Source: an uncultured Alphaproteobacteria bacterium (GTDB taxonomy: Bacteria > Pseudomonadota > Alphaproteobacteria > Rhizobiales > Afifellaceae). Taken from it: 64,000 nt of DNA. The stretch covers positions 280,703-344,702 of the forward strand of contig CAVVPM010000016.1 in NCBI GenBank assembly GCA_963750115.1, in the 5' to 3' direction. Positions 55,453 to 64,000 of the stretch are shown here, piece by piece. Below the pieces are notes generated by a model that saw nothing but the letters and a program-made list of their open reading frames with translations, was not told the origin of the DNA and made no database searches. The position numbers and the translations under genes are program-made. The first letter of the stretch is position 1; each line of letters opens with the position of its first letter.

Positions 55453-56152
55453 AGACCAGCGACCGCGCGCGCCTGGAAGAAAAGCTCGGACACAGTTTTG
55501 CCAATCCTGACCTGCTCGCTCGCGCGCTGACGCACGCGAGCGCGGTCGCGGGCGGCTCCGGCACGGAGCCGGAAAGCTATCAGCGCCTGGAATTTCTCGG
55601 CGACCGCGTGCTCGGCCTCGCGATCGCCGACGCGCTGGTCGAGCGCTTTCCGGACGCGGCGGAGGGCGAGCTTTCGCGGCGTCTCGCCCGCCTCGTCAGC
55701 CGCGAGACCTGCACGGAGGTGGCGCAGGAGATGGCGCTCGCCGAGCATCTCAGGATGGGCGGAAGCGTAAAGAAGGGCGGCGCCGGCGTGACGCCCGGCG
55801 TGCTCGCGGACGTCTGCGAGGCGGTGATCGCCGCCGTCTATCGCGACGGCGGGCTGGCGGCGGCGCGTAACGCTCGTCGAGCGCTACTGGGGCGGCGCGC
55901 GTCGCAGTCGATGCGCGGGCCACTCCGCGACGCCAAGACCGAGCTGCAGGAATGGGCGCACAGGCGGGGCCTCGAGGCGCCTTCCTATGTGGAGACCCTG
56001 CGCACCGGCCCCGACCACGGCCCGAATTCGAGATCGAGGTCTCGGTCGGCGGCGTCCCGCCCGAGAGAGCGCGGGGCGGCTCCAAGCGCGAGGCGGAGCA
56101 CGAAGCGGCGGCGAGCCTGCTTCGGCGCGAGGGCGTGTGGCACAAGACGTGA
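55449..56152 (+). pseudogene. rnc: Ribonuclease III (about 3 frame changes between 55870 and 56030, at least one a missing base)
   Basis: ATGA overlap with lepB. YQRLEFLGDRVLGL, GVLADVCEAVIAAVYRDGG, TLVERYW (shifted), RDAKTELQEWAHRRGL, GPDHGP / EFEIEVSV...GGSKREAEHEAAASLL. Confidence 0.88.
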
Positions 56153-57066
56153 AGCATGCGACCCGCGCCGGCTTCGTCGCGCTGATCGGTGCGCCGAACG
56201 CCGGCAAGTCGACGCTGCTCAATGCCGTCGTCGGGACGAAGGTCTCGATCGTGACGCACAAGGTGCAGACGACGCGGGCGCTGATCCGCGGCATCGTCAT
56301 CCATGGCACAAAGGACGGCAGGGCGCAGATCGTCTTCGTCGACACGCCCGGCATCTTTCGGCCGAAGCGGCGGCTCGAGCGCGCCATGGTGACGACGGCC
56401 TGGGGCGGCGCCGCCGACGCCGACGTGGTCGCGCTCCTGATCGACGCGAAGCGGGGGCTGACCGACGAGGATCGCGCCATCATCGAAAAGCTCGCGGAGT
56501 TTCCGGCGGAGCGCGAGCGCGTGCTCCTCTTGAACAAGGTCGACTTGGTGAAGCGCGAGACGCTGCTCGCAGCTTGCCAAGGAGGCGAACGAGGCGGGGC
56601 GCTTCTCGCGCACCTTCATGATCTCGGCGCTGACCGGCGACGGCGTCTCCGATCTTCTCGACCATCTCGCCGGCGCGATGCCGGAGGGTCCGTTCCTCTA
56701 TCCGGAGGACCAGATGACCGACCTGCCGCTGCGCTTCCTCGCGGCGGAGATCACGCGCGAAAAGCTGACGCTCCGGCTGCATGACGAGCTGCCTTACCGC
56801 GCGACCGTGGAGACGGAGAAGTGGACTGAAACCGAAGACCGGCGTCCGCATCGACCAGACGATCTACGTGGAGCGCGACGAGCCAGCGGAAGATCGTGCT
56901 CGGCAAAGGCGGCGAGACGATCAAGGCGATCTCGATGGCCGCGCGCGAAGAGATTTCAAAGCTCGTCGAGAAGCCGGTGCACCTCTTCCTCTTCGTCAAG
57001 GTGCGGGAGGACTGGGCGGACGACCCGGAGCGCTATCGCGAGATGGGCGTGGAGTTTCCGAAGTAG
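56149..57066 (+). pseudogene. era: GTPase Era (about 3 frameshifts between 56570 and 56870)
   Basis: GTG overlaps the rnc stop. G1 GAPNAGKSTL, VDTPGI, NKVD. Then FMISALTGDGV...FLAAEITREKL (ORF 56618..57127). The KH domain IVLGKGGETIKAI...VHLFLFVKVREDW is in a further frame. The stop is at 57064-57066. Confidence 0.9.
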
Positions 57067-57113
57067 AGACGGGACTTCGCAGGGCTTCGCCTGCGATGCC
57101 CTCCGCTTAAATC

Positions 57114-57719
57114 CTACGCGGCCCTGAGAGCGCCGATCCGTTGTCTTAGGTCAAGCGGCTTGGCGCGTCGACGGCCCTCCTCTAAGAAGGTGACCGAGCT
57201 GTAGAAGTCTTCAAGCCGCACAAACATGCCGACCTCCTCGGCCAGGCTTTCAGACGTCGATTGCATGTCTTCTCCCAGGCGACCAACTCGATCTCCCAGC
57301 CTTTGTCATGCATCCTCTCCAAGTCAGCGCGGAATATCCGACCCCGTCTTCGTACCCTCTGCCGTCGCCGGTCAGCAGAACAGCCTTTGATGGCTCCTCA
57401 TCGGCCAGCGTCCGAAGCATCCAGATTTGCAGGCACTGATCGACGCCCTGCTCCTTCCCGGAGAGCCCGCCTCTTTCGTATTTCTCGACACGGACACCAG
57501 TAGCCTCGAGCCGCTGCCAGATAGTCTCGAGTTCAGGCGGCACTGAACCAACACAAACTGCCCTTCTTACCGGCCTACCCGCCGCTGCGAGCGTGAAGAG
57601 GTTGTCGAATTGGATGCGAACGAGACGGCGACCGTACACTGGCTCAAAGTCCTCAGCCACCGACTTGGCCGAGATGAAAACGTTCGAATTGTCCCAGAAA
57701 ACATGAATCTGCTCTTCCA
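57114..57719 (-). pseudogene. NYN-domain (PIN-like) protein in a lower-GC patch (two frameshifts near 57250-57330)
   Basis: GGAG RBS and ATG at 57719. IHVFWDNSNVFISAKS...AVLLTGDGRGYEDGVG (ORF 57250..57732). It continues as FRADLERMHDKGWEIELVAWEKTCNRRLKAW, then AEEVGMFVRLEDFYSSVTFLEEGRRRAKPLDLRQRIGALRAA, with the stop at 57114-57116. Confidence 0.7.
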
Positions 57720-58000
57720 TTTTATACTCCAATAAGTATAGTTAACGTGAATTCTACACAGATAGCGAGCAACACCAGGAATGCAAGGGCGTGGGTAAGA
57801 AATCGCGCAAGAGGCGAACAGAGCGGCAAACGGCAGCGAGACGCCCTGCCGACCCGCGCCTGGGTCTCGGCTCCGAGATCGCCGCTCTGTTCGTCGGAAT
57901 TGGGCTGCGAAAGGGAGAGGAGATTCAAGAGCAGCGGGGAAATCCGCCGCAATATGCGGATTTCGGGAGCGATGAGGACTGATTTAGCTTTGAAGAGTGG

Positions 58001-58023
58001 ATGCCCGGATCAAGTCCGGGCAT
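58001..58023. terminator. Hairpin 17 nt downstream of the oxidoreductase stop (candidate terminator); a second hairpin lies at 57939-57964
   Basis: atgcccgga-tcaag-tccgggcat (9-bp perfect stem). Also gaaatccgc-cgcaatat-gcggatttc. Neither has a clean U-tract. Confidence 0.35.
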
Positions 58024-58039
58024 GACGACAGAGGGAGCG

Positions 58040-59050
58040 CTACCCCTCCGCTGCTTCGGCGCGCTCCATCGCGTCGTGCGCCTCAGCCAATATCCCGTAT
58101 GACTTCACCCGCGCCTCGTGGTCGTAGATCGCGGCGGCGACGATGAGCTCGTCGGCGGCGGTCTCCTTGATGAAGCGCTCAAGCCCCTGCCGCACCGTGT
58201 CAGGCGCGCCGACGAAGGCGCAGGTGAAGCGCTGGGTGACCTGCGCCTTCTCCGCCGGCGTCCAATAGGAATCGATGTCGTCGATCGGCGGCTGCAGCCT
58301 GCCGCGCACACCGCGCATGACATTGACGAAGGATTGCTGCGCGGAGGTGAAGAGGCGGCGGGCCTCGGCGTCGGTGTCGGCGGCGATGACGTTGACGCCG
58401 ACCATCGCATAGGGCCGGTCGAGCTGTTCTGACGGCTGGAACCGCTCGCGGTAGACCTGAAGCGCCGGCATCAGCGCCTCGGGCGCGAAATGCGAGGCGA
58501 AGGCGTAGGGGAGGCCGAGCATCGCCGCGAGCTGCGCACCGAAGAGGCTCGAGCCGAGAATCCACAGAGGCACGTTGGTCCCGCCGCCGGGGACGGCCTG
58601 GACCCTCTGGCCGGGCTCCACCGGCCCAAGCAGCGCCTGAAGCTCCAGCACGTCCTGCGGGAAGTTCTCGGCGACCATCGGGTCGCGGCGGAGCGCGCGA
58701 AGCGTCATCTGGTCGGTGCCGGGCGCGCGGCCGAGGCCGAGATCGATGCGGTCGGGATAGAGCGAGGCGAGCGTGCCGAACTGCTCGGCGATGACGATCG
58801 GTGAATGGTTCGGGAGCATGATGCCGCCGGCGCCGACGCGGATCGTGCTGGTGCCGCCGGCGACATAGCCGATCGCAACGGAGGTTGCGGCGCTTGCGAT
58901 CCCCACCATGTTGTGATGCTCGGCAAGCCAGAAACGGCGGTATCCGAGCGCCTCGGCGTGGCGCGCGAGGTCGAGCGAGTTGTGGAGGGCGTCGGCGGGC
59001 GTGGCGCCTTCGACGACATGCGCGAGATCGAGAATGGAAAAGGGGATCAT
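58040..59050 (-). CDS. Luciferase-like (LLM class) flavin-dependent oxidoreductase
   Basis: Start MIPFSILDL at 59050 within ORF 58040..59473. [57 protein letters not shown]. Intact, 336 aa. Confidence 0.85.
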   Translation of the reverse strand: MIPFSILDLAHVVEGATPADALHNSLDLARHAEALGYRRFWLAEHHNMVGIASAATSVAIGYVAGGTSTIRVGAGGIMLPNHSPIVIAEQFGTLASLYPDRIDLGLGRAPGTDQMTLRALRRDPMVAENFPQDVLELQALLGPVEPGQRVQAVPGGGTNVPLWILGSSLFGAQLAAMLGLPYAFASHFAPEALMPALQVYRERFQPSEQLDRPYAMVGVNVIAADTDAEARRLFTSAQQSFVNVMRGVRGRLQPPIDDIDSYWTPAEKAQVTQRFTCAFVGAPDTVRQGLERFIKETAADELIVAAAIYDHEARVKSYGILAEAHDAMERAEAAEG

Positions 59051-59171
59051 ACGAGGGTCCGGGGTATCCGCGACGTGATGCTTCCGCAATTGGAGCCGCG
59101 CCGCGCGGACCGCAAGCGCGGAGTGGGCGGGCGCCCCTCCAACGGCCGCCAAAACGTGATAGGCGAAAGCC

Positions 59172-59909
59172 ATGGAATGGTCGGAGGAAGGAATCGTCGT
59201 CGGCACGCGGCGGCACGGCGAGACCGACGTGATCGTGGAAGCGCTGACCGCCGGACACGGCCGGCATCTCGGCCTCGTCAAAGGCGGGCGCTCGCGGCGG
59301 CTTCGGCCGATCCTGCAGGCCGGGAACACGCTGTCGCTCACCTGGCGGGCGCGGCTCCACGAGCATCTCGGCAATTTCCGCGCCGAGGCGGTGAGGGAGC
59401 GAAGCGTCGCGTTGACGACGACGCCGGTCGGCGCCTTCGGACTGGCGCTCGCGGGCGCGCATTTGCGGCTCATTCCCGAACGCGACCCGCATCCGCGGCT
59501 TTTCGCAGCGCTTTCGGTGATGCTCGACCATTTCGAGGCACCGGCGACCGCGGCGGCGCTGATGGTCCGCTTCGAGCTTCTCCTTCTCGACGAGCTCGGC
59601 TTCGGGCTCGACCTCGAAAGCTGCGCGGCAACCGGGGGTCGCGAGGACCTTATCTTCGTGTCGCCGCGGAGCGGGCGGGCGGTCAGCCGGGCAGCCGGCG
59701 AGCCCTATCGCGACAAGCTCCTCCGCCTGCCGCAATTCCTCCTCGGCGGCGACGGCGAAACGGTCGCCCCGAGCGATCTCGACGACGCGTTCCGGCTAAC
59801 CGGTACCTTCCTGGCGCGCCATGTGCACGAACCGCGAGGGCTTCCGATGCCGGATGCGCGGGCGAGCTTTTTGAAGGCGATAGGGGTTGGCGTTGAAGCG
59901 ATCGCGTAA
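59172..59909 (+). CDS. recO: DNA repair protein RecO
   Basis: Intact 245 aa. [35 protein letters not shown]. Usual position downstream of era. Confidence 0.88.
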   Translation: MEWSEEGIVVGTRRHGETDVIVEALTAGHGRHLGLVKGGRSRRLRPILQAGNTLSLTWRARLHEHLGNFRAEAVRERSVALTTTPVGAFGLALAGAHLRLIPERDPHPRLFAALSVMLDHFEAPATAAALMVRFELLLLDELGFGLDLESCAATGGREDLIFVSPRSGRAVSRAAGEPYRDKLLRLPQFLLGGDGETVAPSDLDDAFRLTGTFLARHVHEPRGLPMPDARASFLKAIGVGVEAIA

Positions 59910-59944
59910 GTAACAATCGAGCGAGCAACAAAGGAGGCGCTGCA

Positions 59945-60643
59945 ATGAAACTCACCTGGTTCGGACACTCCGCATTTCGTGCAGAGTTCGGAAACTGCCG
60001 CGTCATGATCGACCCGTTCCTGACCGGCAACCCGTCTTTCAAGGGCGATCCGAAGGCGGCGGCGGCGGGCGCAACGCATGTGCTCCTGACCCACGGCCAC
60101 AGCGACCACCTGGGCGACGCCGCCGACATCTGCAAGGCGACGGGCGCGCAGCTCGTGGCGAATTTCGAGATCTATTCGTTCCTCGCCGGACAGGGCGTCG
60201 AAAACGCCAATCCCGGCAATCACGGCGGCACGGTCGAATGCGGCGGCTTCACCACCTCGTTCGTGAACGCGTTCCACTCCTCGTCCATGCAGCAGAACGG
60301 GCAGATCGTCTATCTCGGGAACCCGATGGGCCTCGTGATCAAGGCGCCGGGCGAGCCGGTGCTCTATCACATGGGCGACACGGAGATTTTCTCCGATATG
60401 GCGCTCATCAACGAGATTCATGCGCCGGAGGTCGGCATCGTGCCGATCGGCGACCGGTTCACGATGGGTGCGAAGACGGCGGCAATGGCTTGCAGGCGTT
60501 TCTTCAAGTTCAAGACGATCGTGCCCTGCCACTACGGCACGTTTCCGATGATCGACCAGACGGCGGACAAGTTCATCGCGGAGATGGGACCGGACGGCGG
60601 CAAGGTGCTGGTGCCGGAGAAGGGGAAGGCGACGAGTTTTTAG
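59945..60643 (+). CDS. Metal-dependent hydrolase, MBL fold (UPF0173 family)
   Basis: Intact 232 aa. MKLTWFGHSAFRAEF...IDPFLTGNP...VLLTHGHSDHLGD. Confidence 0.85.
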   Translation: MKLTWFGHSAFRAEFGNCRVMIDPFLTGNPSFKGDPKAAAAGATHVLLTHGHSDHLGDAADICKATGAQLVANFEIYSFLAGQGVENANPGNHGGTVECGGFTTSFVNAFHSSSMQQNGQIVYLGNPMGLVIKAPGEPVLYHMGDTEIFSDMALINEIHAPEVGIVPIGDRFTMGAKTAAMACRRFFKFKTIVPCHYGTFPMIDQTADKFIAEMGPDGGKVLVPEKGKATSF

Positions 60644-60763
60644 TCGCGGCCGCGCGGATATCGTCGCGCGAGCGGCTCGCCCTGATCGAGACAATTTTCC
60701 GCCGTTCTCACCAACGCAAGAATCGGAATGACCGTTCGCCGGCGCAGATGATAGCTCTGAGAA

Positions 60764-61414
60764 TTGGGCCAACCACGGAAGTCGCGCTTGCTCACGCTCC
60801 ATGACTACCTTCCGTCGCAGAATGGCTGGAAGGTCCGCGTTCTTCTCGGACTTCTGGATATTCCTTTCCGCACCAAGCCGGTGGCGATCTTCGCCGACGA
60901 GAATCGAACCGACGCTTTCCTGAAGCGCAATCCCGTGGGCGCCATTCCGGTGCTTGAGCTTGATGACGGTCGTGCGCTCGCGGAATCGAACGCGATCCTC
61001 GCCTATCTCGGCGAAGGAACCCGCTTTCTGCCGGGCGACCGGTTCGCACGCGCCAAAGCGATGCAATGGCTTTTCTTCGAGCAGTACTATGTCGAGCCGA
61101 TCATCGGTTCCCTGCGGTTCTGGACGTTGACCGGACGCCTCACTCTCAACGCCGCGCTCGTCGAAGGAAAGCGTGCCGCCGGCGAGCGCGCTCTCGCTGC
61201 CTTGCAGCGGCAACTGGCGGCAACGCAATTCCTTGCCGGCGAGCGCTTCACCATCGCCGACATCGCCGTTTATGCCTACACCCACCGGGCCGAGGATGGC
61301 GGCTTTGGGCTCAATGCCTATCCTGCGGTGGAGGCTTGGGTCGACCGTGTCGCAGCGGAGATCGGTCCGGGCTATCCGGTTCATCCCTACGGCGACGAGG
61401 CACGGGTCGGTTAG
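60764..61414 (+). CDS. Glutathione S-transferase (start may be TTG at 60788)
   Basis: NPVGAIPVLELDDGRALAESNAILAYL and a helical C-domain with FTIADIAVYAY. Confidence 0.8.
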   Translation: MGQPRKSRLLTLHDYLPSQNGWKVRVLLGLLDIPFRTKPVAIFADENRTDAFLKRNPVGAIPVLELDDGRALAESNAILAYLGEGTRFLPGDRFARAKAMQWLFFEQYYVEPIIGSLRFWTLTGRLTLNAALVEGKRAAGERALAALQRQLAATQFLAGERFTIADIAVYAYTHRAEDGGFGLNAYPAVEAWVDRVAAEIGPGYPVHPYGDEARVG

Positions 61415-61557
61415 CGTTGCGGCAAGCCTGAAATGGCAAGCTCGGCGAACGTCGGCGAAGCGGGGCGTATCCAGGTCCCGCCGAGGCCACGACCGTTGAA
61501 CGCCCGGCGGTAGCAATCTATAGCCAAGCTGCTGATTTCAAAGGCTTCGAGAACCGA

Positions 61558-61845
61558 ATGTCCGTCGACAGAGAAACCGTGAAGCGGGTGGCGCATCTTG
61601 CGCGGATCCGGGTGAGCGACGAAGAGGTGGAGGCGCTCCGCGGCGAGCTCAACGCCATCCTCGGCTTCGTCGAGCAGCTGAACGAGGTCGACGTCACTGG
61701 CATCGAGCCGATGACCTCGGTACTTCCGATGCCGATGAAGAAGCGCGAGGATCGGGTCACCGACGGCGACAAGGCGGACGACATCGTCGCCAACGCGCCG
61801 GCGACGGAGAACAACTACTTCCTGGTTCCGAAGGTGGTGGAGTAA
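61558..61845 (+). CDS. gatC: Asp-tRNA(Asn)/Glu-tRNA(Gln) amidotransferase subunit C
   Basis: Intact 95 aa. [39 protein letters not shown]. Confidence 0.93.
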   Translation: MSVDRETVKRVAHLARIRVSDEEVEALRGELNAILGFVEQLNEVDVTGIEPMTSVLPMPMKKREDRVTDGDKADDIVANAPATENNYFLVPKVVE

Positions 61846-61849
61846 CGGC

Positions 61850-62320
61850 GTGGACATTGTCATCGCGCCCGAGACCCCGCTTCAGGACGATGTGCGCCGC
61901 ATGGTGGCGGCGCTGAACGCCTACCTCATCCCGTTGACGCCTCGGGAATTCCAGTTTCAGCTCACGGCCGAGCAAATGGCGGATCGTTCCGTCACCGTCT
62001 TCGTCGCCCGTGATCGCGGTCGCGGGGCCGTCGGCATGGCCTCCCTCAAGGACCACGGAGGCGGGCTCGGCGAGGTGAAGCGCATGTTCACGCTGCCGGA
62101 GGTTCGAGGCCGGCACATCGGTGCGCGGCTGCTCGCGCGCGTCGAGGCACTGGCGCGCGAACGTGGGATCGGGAGGCTTGTCCTCGAGACGGGCGAAGCG
62201 GCAGGCTTCGAGGCGGCGTGGCGTGTCTACGAGCGCGGCGGCTTCCGTACCTGCGGCGCGGTCCTCGACTATCCGGATTCCGGCTATTCACGCTTCTACG
62301 AGAAAATTCTCACCCCATGA
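61850..62320 (+). CDS. GNAT-family N-acetyltransferase inserted between gatC and gatA
   Basis: Intact 156 aa. Acetyl-CoA-binding motif [33 protein letters not shown]. It starts 4 nt after the gatC stop, and its stop overlaps the gatA ATG (ATGA). Confidence 0.85.
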   Translation: MDIVIAPETPLQDDVRRMVAALNAYLIPLTPREFQFQLTAEQMADRSVTVFVARDRGRGAVGMASLKDHGGGLGEVKRMFTLPEVRGRHIGARLLARVEALARERGIGRLVLETGEAAGFEAAWRVYERGGFRTCGAVLDYPDSGYSRFYEKILTP

Positions 62321-63795
62321 CCGAGCTCACTCAGCTCACCATCGCCGATATTGGTGAAGGATTGCGAAGCGGGGCGTTCTCCGCGCTTGAGCTGACCGAC
62401 GCCTATCTGAAGGCGATCGAGGCCGCCAACCCGCTCTTGAACGCCTACATCGTGGTGACGGCGGACAAGGCGCGCGCCATGGCGATCGCATCCGACGTCC
62501 GGATCGGGCGGCATGAGGCGCGGGCGCTCGAAGGCGTGCCGCTCGGCATCAAGGACCTTTTCGCGACGCGCGGCGTGCATACCCAGGCGAGCAGCCACAT
62601 CCTCAACGGCTTCAAGCCGACCTACGAATCGACCGTCACCCAGAATCTTTGGGACGACGGCGCTGTGATGCTCGGCAAGCTCAATATGGACGAGTTCGCC
62701 ATGGGGTCGTCGAACGAGACGAGCTATTACGGGCCGGTCGTGAACCCGTGGCGGAAGCGCGGCGGCAACGCCGACCTCGTGCCGGGCGGCTCCTCCGGCG
62801 GCTCGGCCGCGGCGGTCGCAGCACAGCTTTGCGCCGGGGCGACCGCCACCGACACCGGCGGCTCGATCCGCCAGCCCGCCGCTTTCACCGGCACCGTCGG
62901 CATCAAGCCCACCTACGGCCGCTGCTCGCGCTTCGGCATCGTCGCCTTCGCCTCCTCGCTCGACCAGGCGGGGCCGATCGCGCGCACCGTCCGGGACGCG
63001 GCGATCCTGTTGAAGGCGATGGCGTCGGTCGACCCGAAGGATACGACCTCGGCCGATATTGCGGTGCCGGATTACGAGGCGTCGGTCGGGGGGAGCGTCA
63101 AGGGCATGAAGATCGGCGTGCCCAAGGAATACCGCATCGAAGGGATGCCGCCGGAGGTCGAGGCGTTCCTGCAGAAGGGCATCGATTGGTTCCGTGAGGC
63201 CGGTGCGGAGATCGTCGACATTTCGCTCCGCCACACGAAATACGCGCTCCCCGCCTATTACATCGTGGCGCCGGCCGAGGCCTCGTCCAACCTCGCGCGC
63301 TATGACGGCGTGCGCTATGGGCTCCGCGTCGACGGCGACGATGTCATCGACATGTACGAGAAGACGCGCGCGGCGGGGTTCGGACGCGAGGTGAAGCGGC
63401 GCGTGCTGATCGGCACCTACGTGCTCTCGGCCGGCTATTACGACGCCTATTACGTGAAGGCGCAGAAGGTCCGCACGCTGATCCGACGTGATTTCGAAGC
63501 GGCGTTCGCCGCCGGGGTCGATGCGGTGCTCGCGCCGGCGACACCGTCGTCGGCCTTCGGAATCGGCGAGAAGTCGGGCGGCGACCCGGTGGAGATGTAT
63601 CTGAACGATGTGTTCGCGGTGACGGCGAACATGGCCGGGCTTCCCGGCATCGCCGTGCCGGCGGGCCTCGATTCTTCCGGCCTGCCGATGGCGCTGCAGC
63701 TGATCGGCCGGCCCTTCGATGAGGCGACGCTCTTCCGTGCCGGGCAGGTCATCGAGGACGCCGCGGGGCATTTCTCGCCGGAGCGGTGGTGGTAG
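62317..63795 (+). CDS. gatA: Asp-tRNA(Asn)/Glu-tRNA(Gln) amidotransferase subunit A
   Basis: ATG at 62317 within ORF 62218..63795. Amidase signature [13 protein letters not shown]...[21 protein letters not shown]. Intact. Confidence 0.95.
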   Translation: MTELTQLTIADIGEGLRSGAFSALELTDAYLKAIEAANPLLNAYIVVTADKARAMAIASDVRIGRHEARALEGVPLGIKDLFATRGVHTQASSHILNGFKPTYESTVTQNLWDDGAVMLGKLNMDEFAMGSSNETSYYGPVVNPWRKRGGNADLVPGGSSGGSAAAVAAQLCAGATATDTGGSIRQPAAFTGTVGIKPTYGRCSRFGIVAFASSLDQAGPIARTVRDAAILLKAMASVDPKDTTSADIAVPDYEASVGGSVKGMKIGVPKEYRIEGMPPEVEAFLQKGIDWFREAGAEIVDISLRHTKYALPAYYIVAPAEASSNLARYDGVRYGLRVDGDDVIDMYEKTRAAGFGREVKRRVLIGTYVLSAGYYDAYYVKAQKVRTLIRRDFEAAFAAGVDAVLAPATPSSAFGIGEKSGGDPVEMYLNDVFAVTANMAGLPGIAVPAGLDSSGLPMALQLIGRPFDEATLFRAGQVIEDAAGHFSPERWW

Positions 63796-63808
63796 GAGGC
63801 GAAGCGTC

Positions 63809-64000
63809 ATGGCCGGGCATCCAGGACCGCTCGAAGCAATTCGGCTCGCCGCCGCCGGCGATTGGGACGGCGCGCATAAAATCGTGCAGGACGATCCGTC
63901 GCCGGAGGGCGCATGGGTGCACGCGCATCTGCACAGGGTCGAGGGCGATCTCGGGAATGCCGGCTACTGGTATCGTCGCGCCGGCAAGCCGGTGGCGACC
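63809..64000 (+). CDS. Conserved-looking small hypothetical protein (3' end off window)
   Basis: AGGAGG RBS 8 nt upstream of the ATG. The frame is open to the end of the window: MAGHPGPLEAIRLAAAGDWDGAHKIVQDDPSPEGAWVHAHLHRVEGDLGNAGYWYRRAGKPVAT. Absent from the ORF track because it has no stop. Confidence 0.5.
   Translation, partial: MAGHPGPLEAIRLAAAGDWDGAHKIVQDDPSPEGAWVHAHLHRVEGDLGNAGYWYRRAGKPVAT

Noticed and set aside
57114-57227. A 37-codon ORF (MFVRLEDFYSSVTFLEEGRRRAKPLDLRQRIGALRAA) with an apparent GAGGAGG Shine-Dalgarno, first considered as a stand-alone microprotein or antitoxin next to the NYN gene.
   Set aside because: Reading across two frame changes joins it seamlessly to the NYN ORF (...CNRRLKAW / AEEVGMFVRLEDFY...). 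The GAGGAGG is the codons for AEEV, so this is the C-terminus of the NYN protein.
57733-58039. Small ORFs between the NYN gene and the oxidoreductase: 92 aa on the plus strand, 76 aa on the minus strand, and a 23-codon ORF starting at about 57953.
   Set aside because: They have no Shine-Dalgarno and no motif, and they overlap the two hairpins. This is more likely promoter or terminator space.

Overview
Very GC-rich chromosomal core-genome segment. Gene content and order point to an alphaproteobacterium, probably Rhizobiales-like: DUF2062-pdxJ-acpS-lepB-rnc-era...recO, NYN(DUF88)/rpoZ-spoT, psd-pssA, gatC..gatA, an alpha-type porin and DUF1194. I recognise about 60 protein genes and 2 tRNAs (Gln-CUG, Ser-GCU). 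I saw no rRNA, CRISPR array, transposase, integrase or prophage genes, and no convincing self-contained novel system or defence island.

The strongest signal is technical. Dozens of single-base indels break otherwise well-conserved genes, including essential ones (guaB, dapA, smpB, lepB, rnc, era, pdxJ, spoT, psd, pssA). They cluster in blocks at about 2.3-8.5 kb, 33.8-49.3 kb and 52-57.3 kb, while other blocks are clean (8.5-10.7, 22.7-25.8, 27.7-31.2 and 58.0-63.8 kb). The supplied ORF track therefore fragments many genes. I rebuilt full spans by following the protein across frames, typed these as pseudogene (as sequenced), and consider most of them sequencing or assembly artefacts.

The most interesting biology:
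- A CYTH-CHAD pair convergent with a CHASE2 adenylate cyclase, which is divergent from a secreted FecR-domain protein whose His/Gly/Asp-rich tail only appears on frameshift-aware reading.
- An ScfR/RamB/PrpR-type regulator divergent from a HAAT ABC transporter, with three phased TTGTAAA boxes between them.
- A response regulator, a 2-TM microprotein and an SSS-domain histidine kinase in one operon.
- sqdB followed by a TPR-sulfotransferase instead of sqdC/D.
- A lower-GC NYN gene plus a flavin oxidoreductase inserted between era and recO.
- A GNAT gene translationally coupled inside gatC-gatA.

All coordinates at frameshifts and at uncertain starts are approximate. I ran no searches; every family assignment is by eye from motifs.
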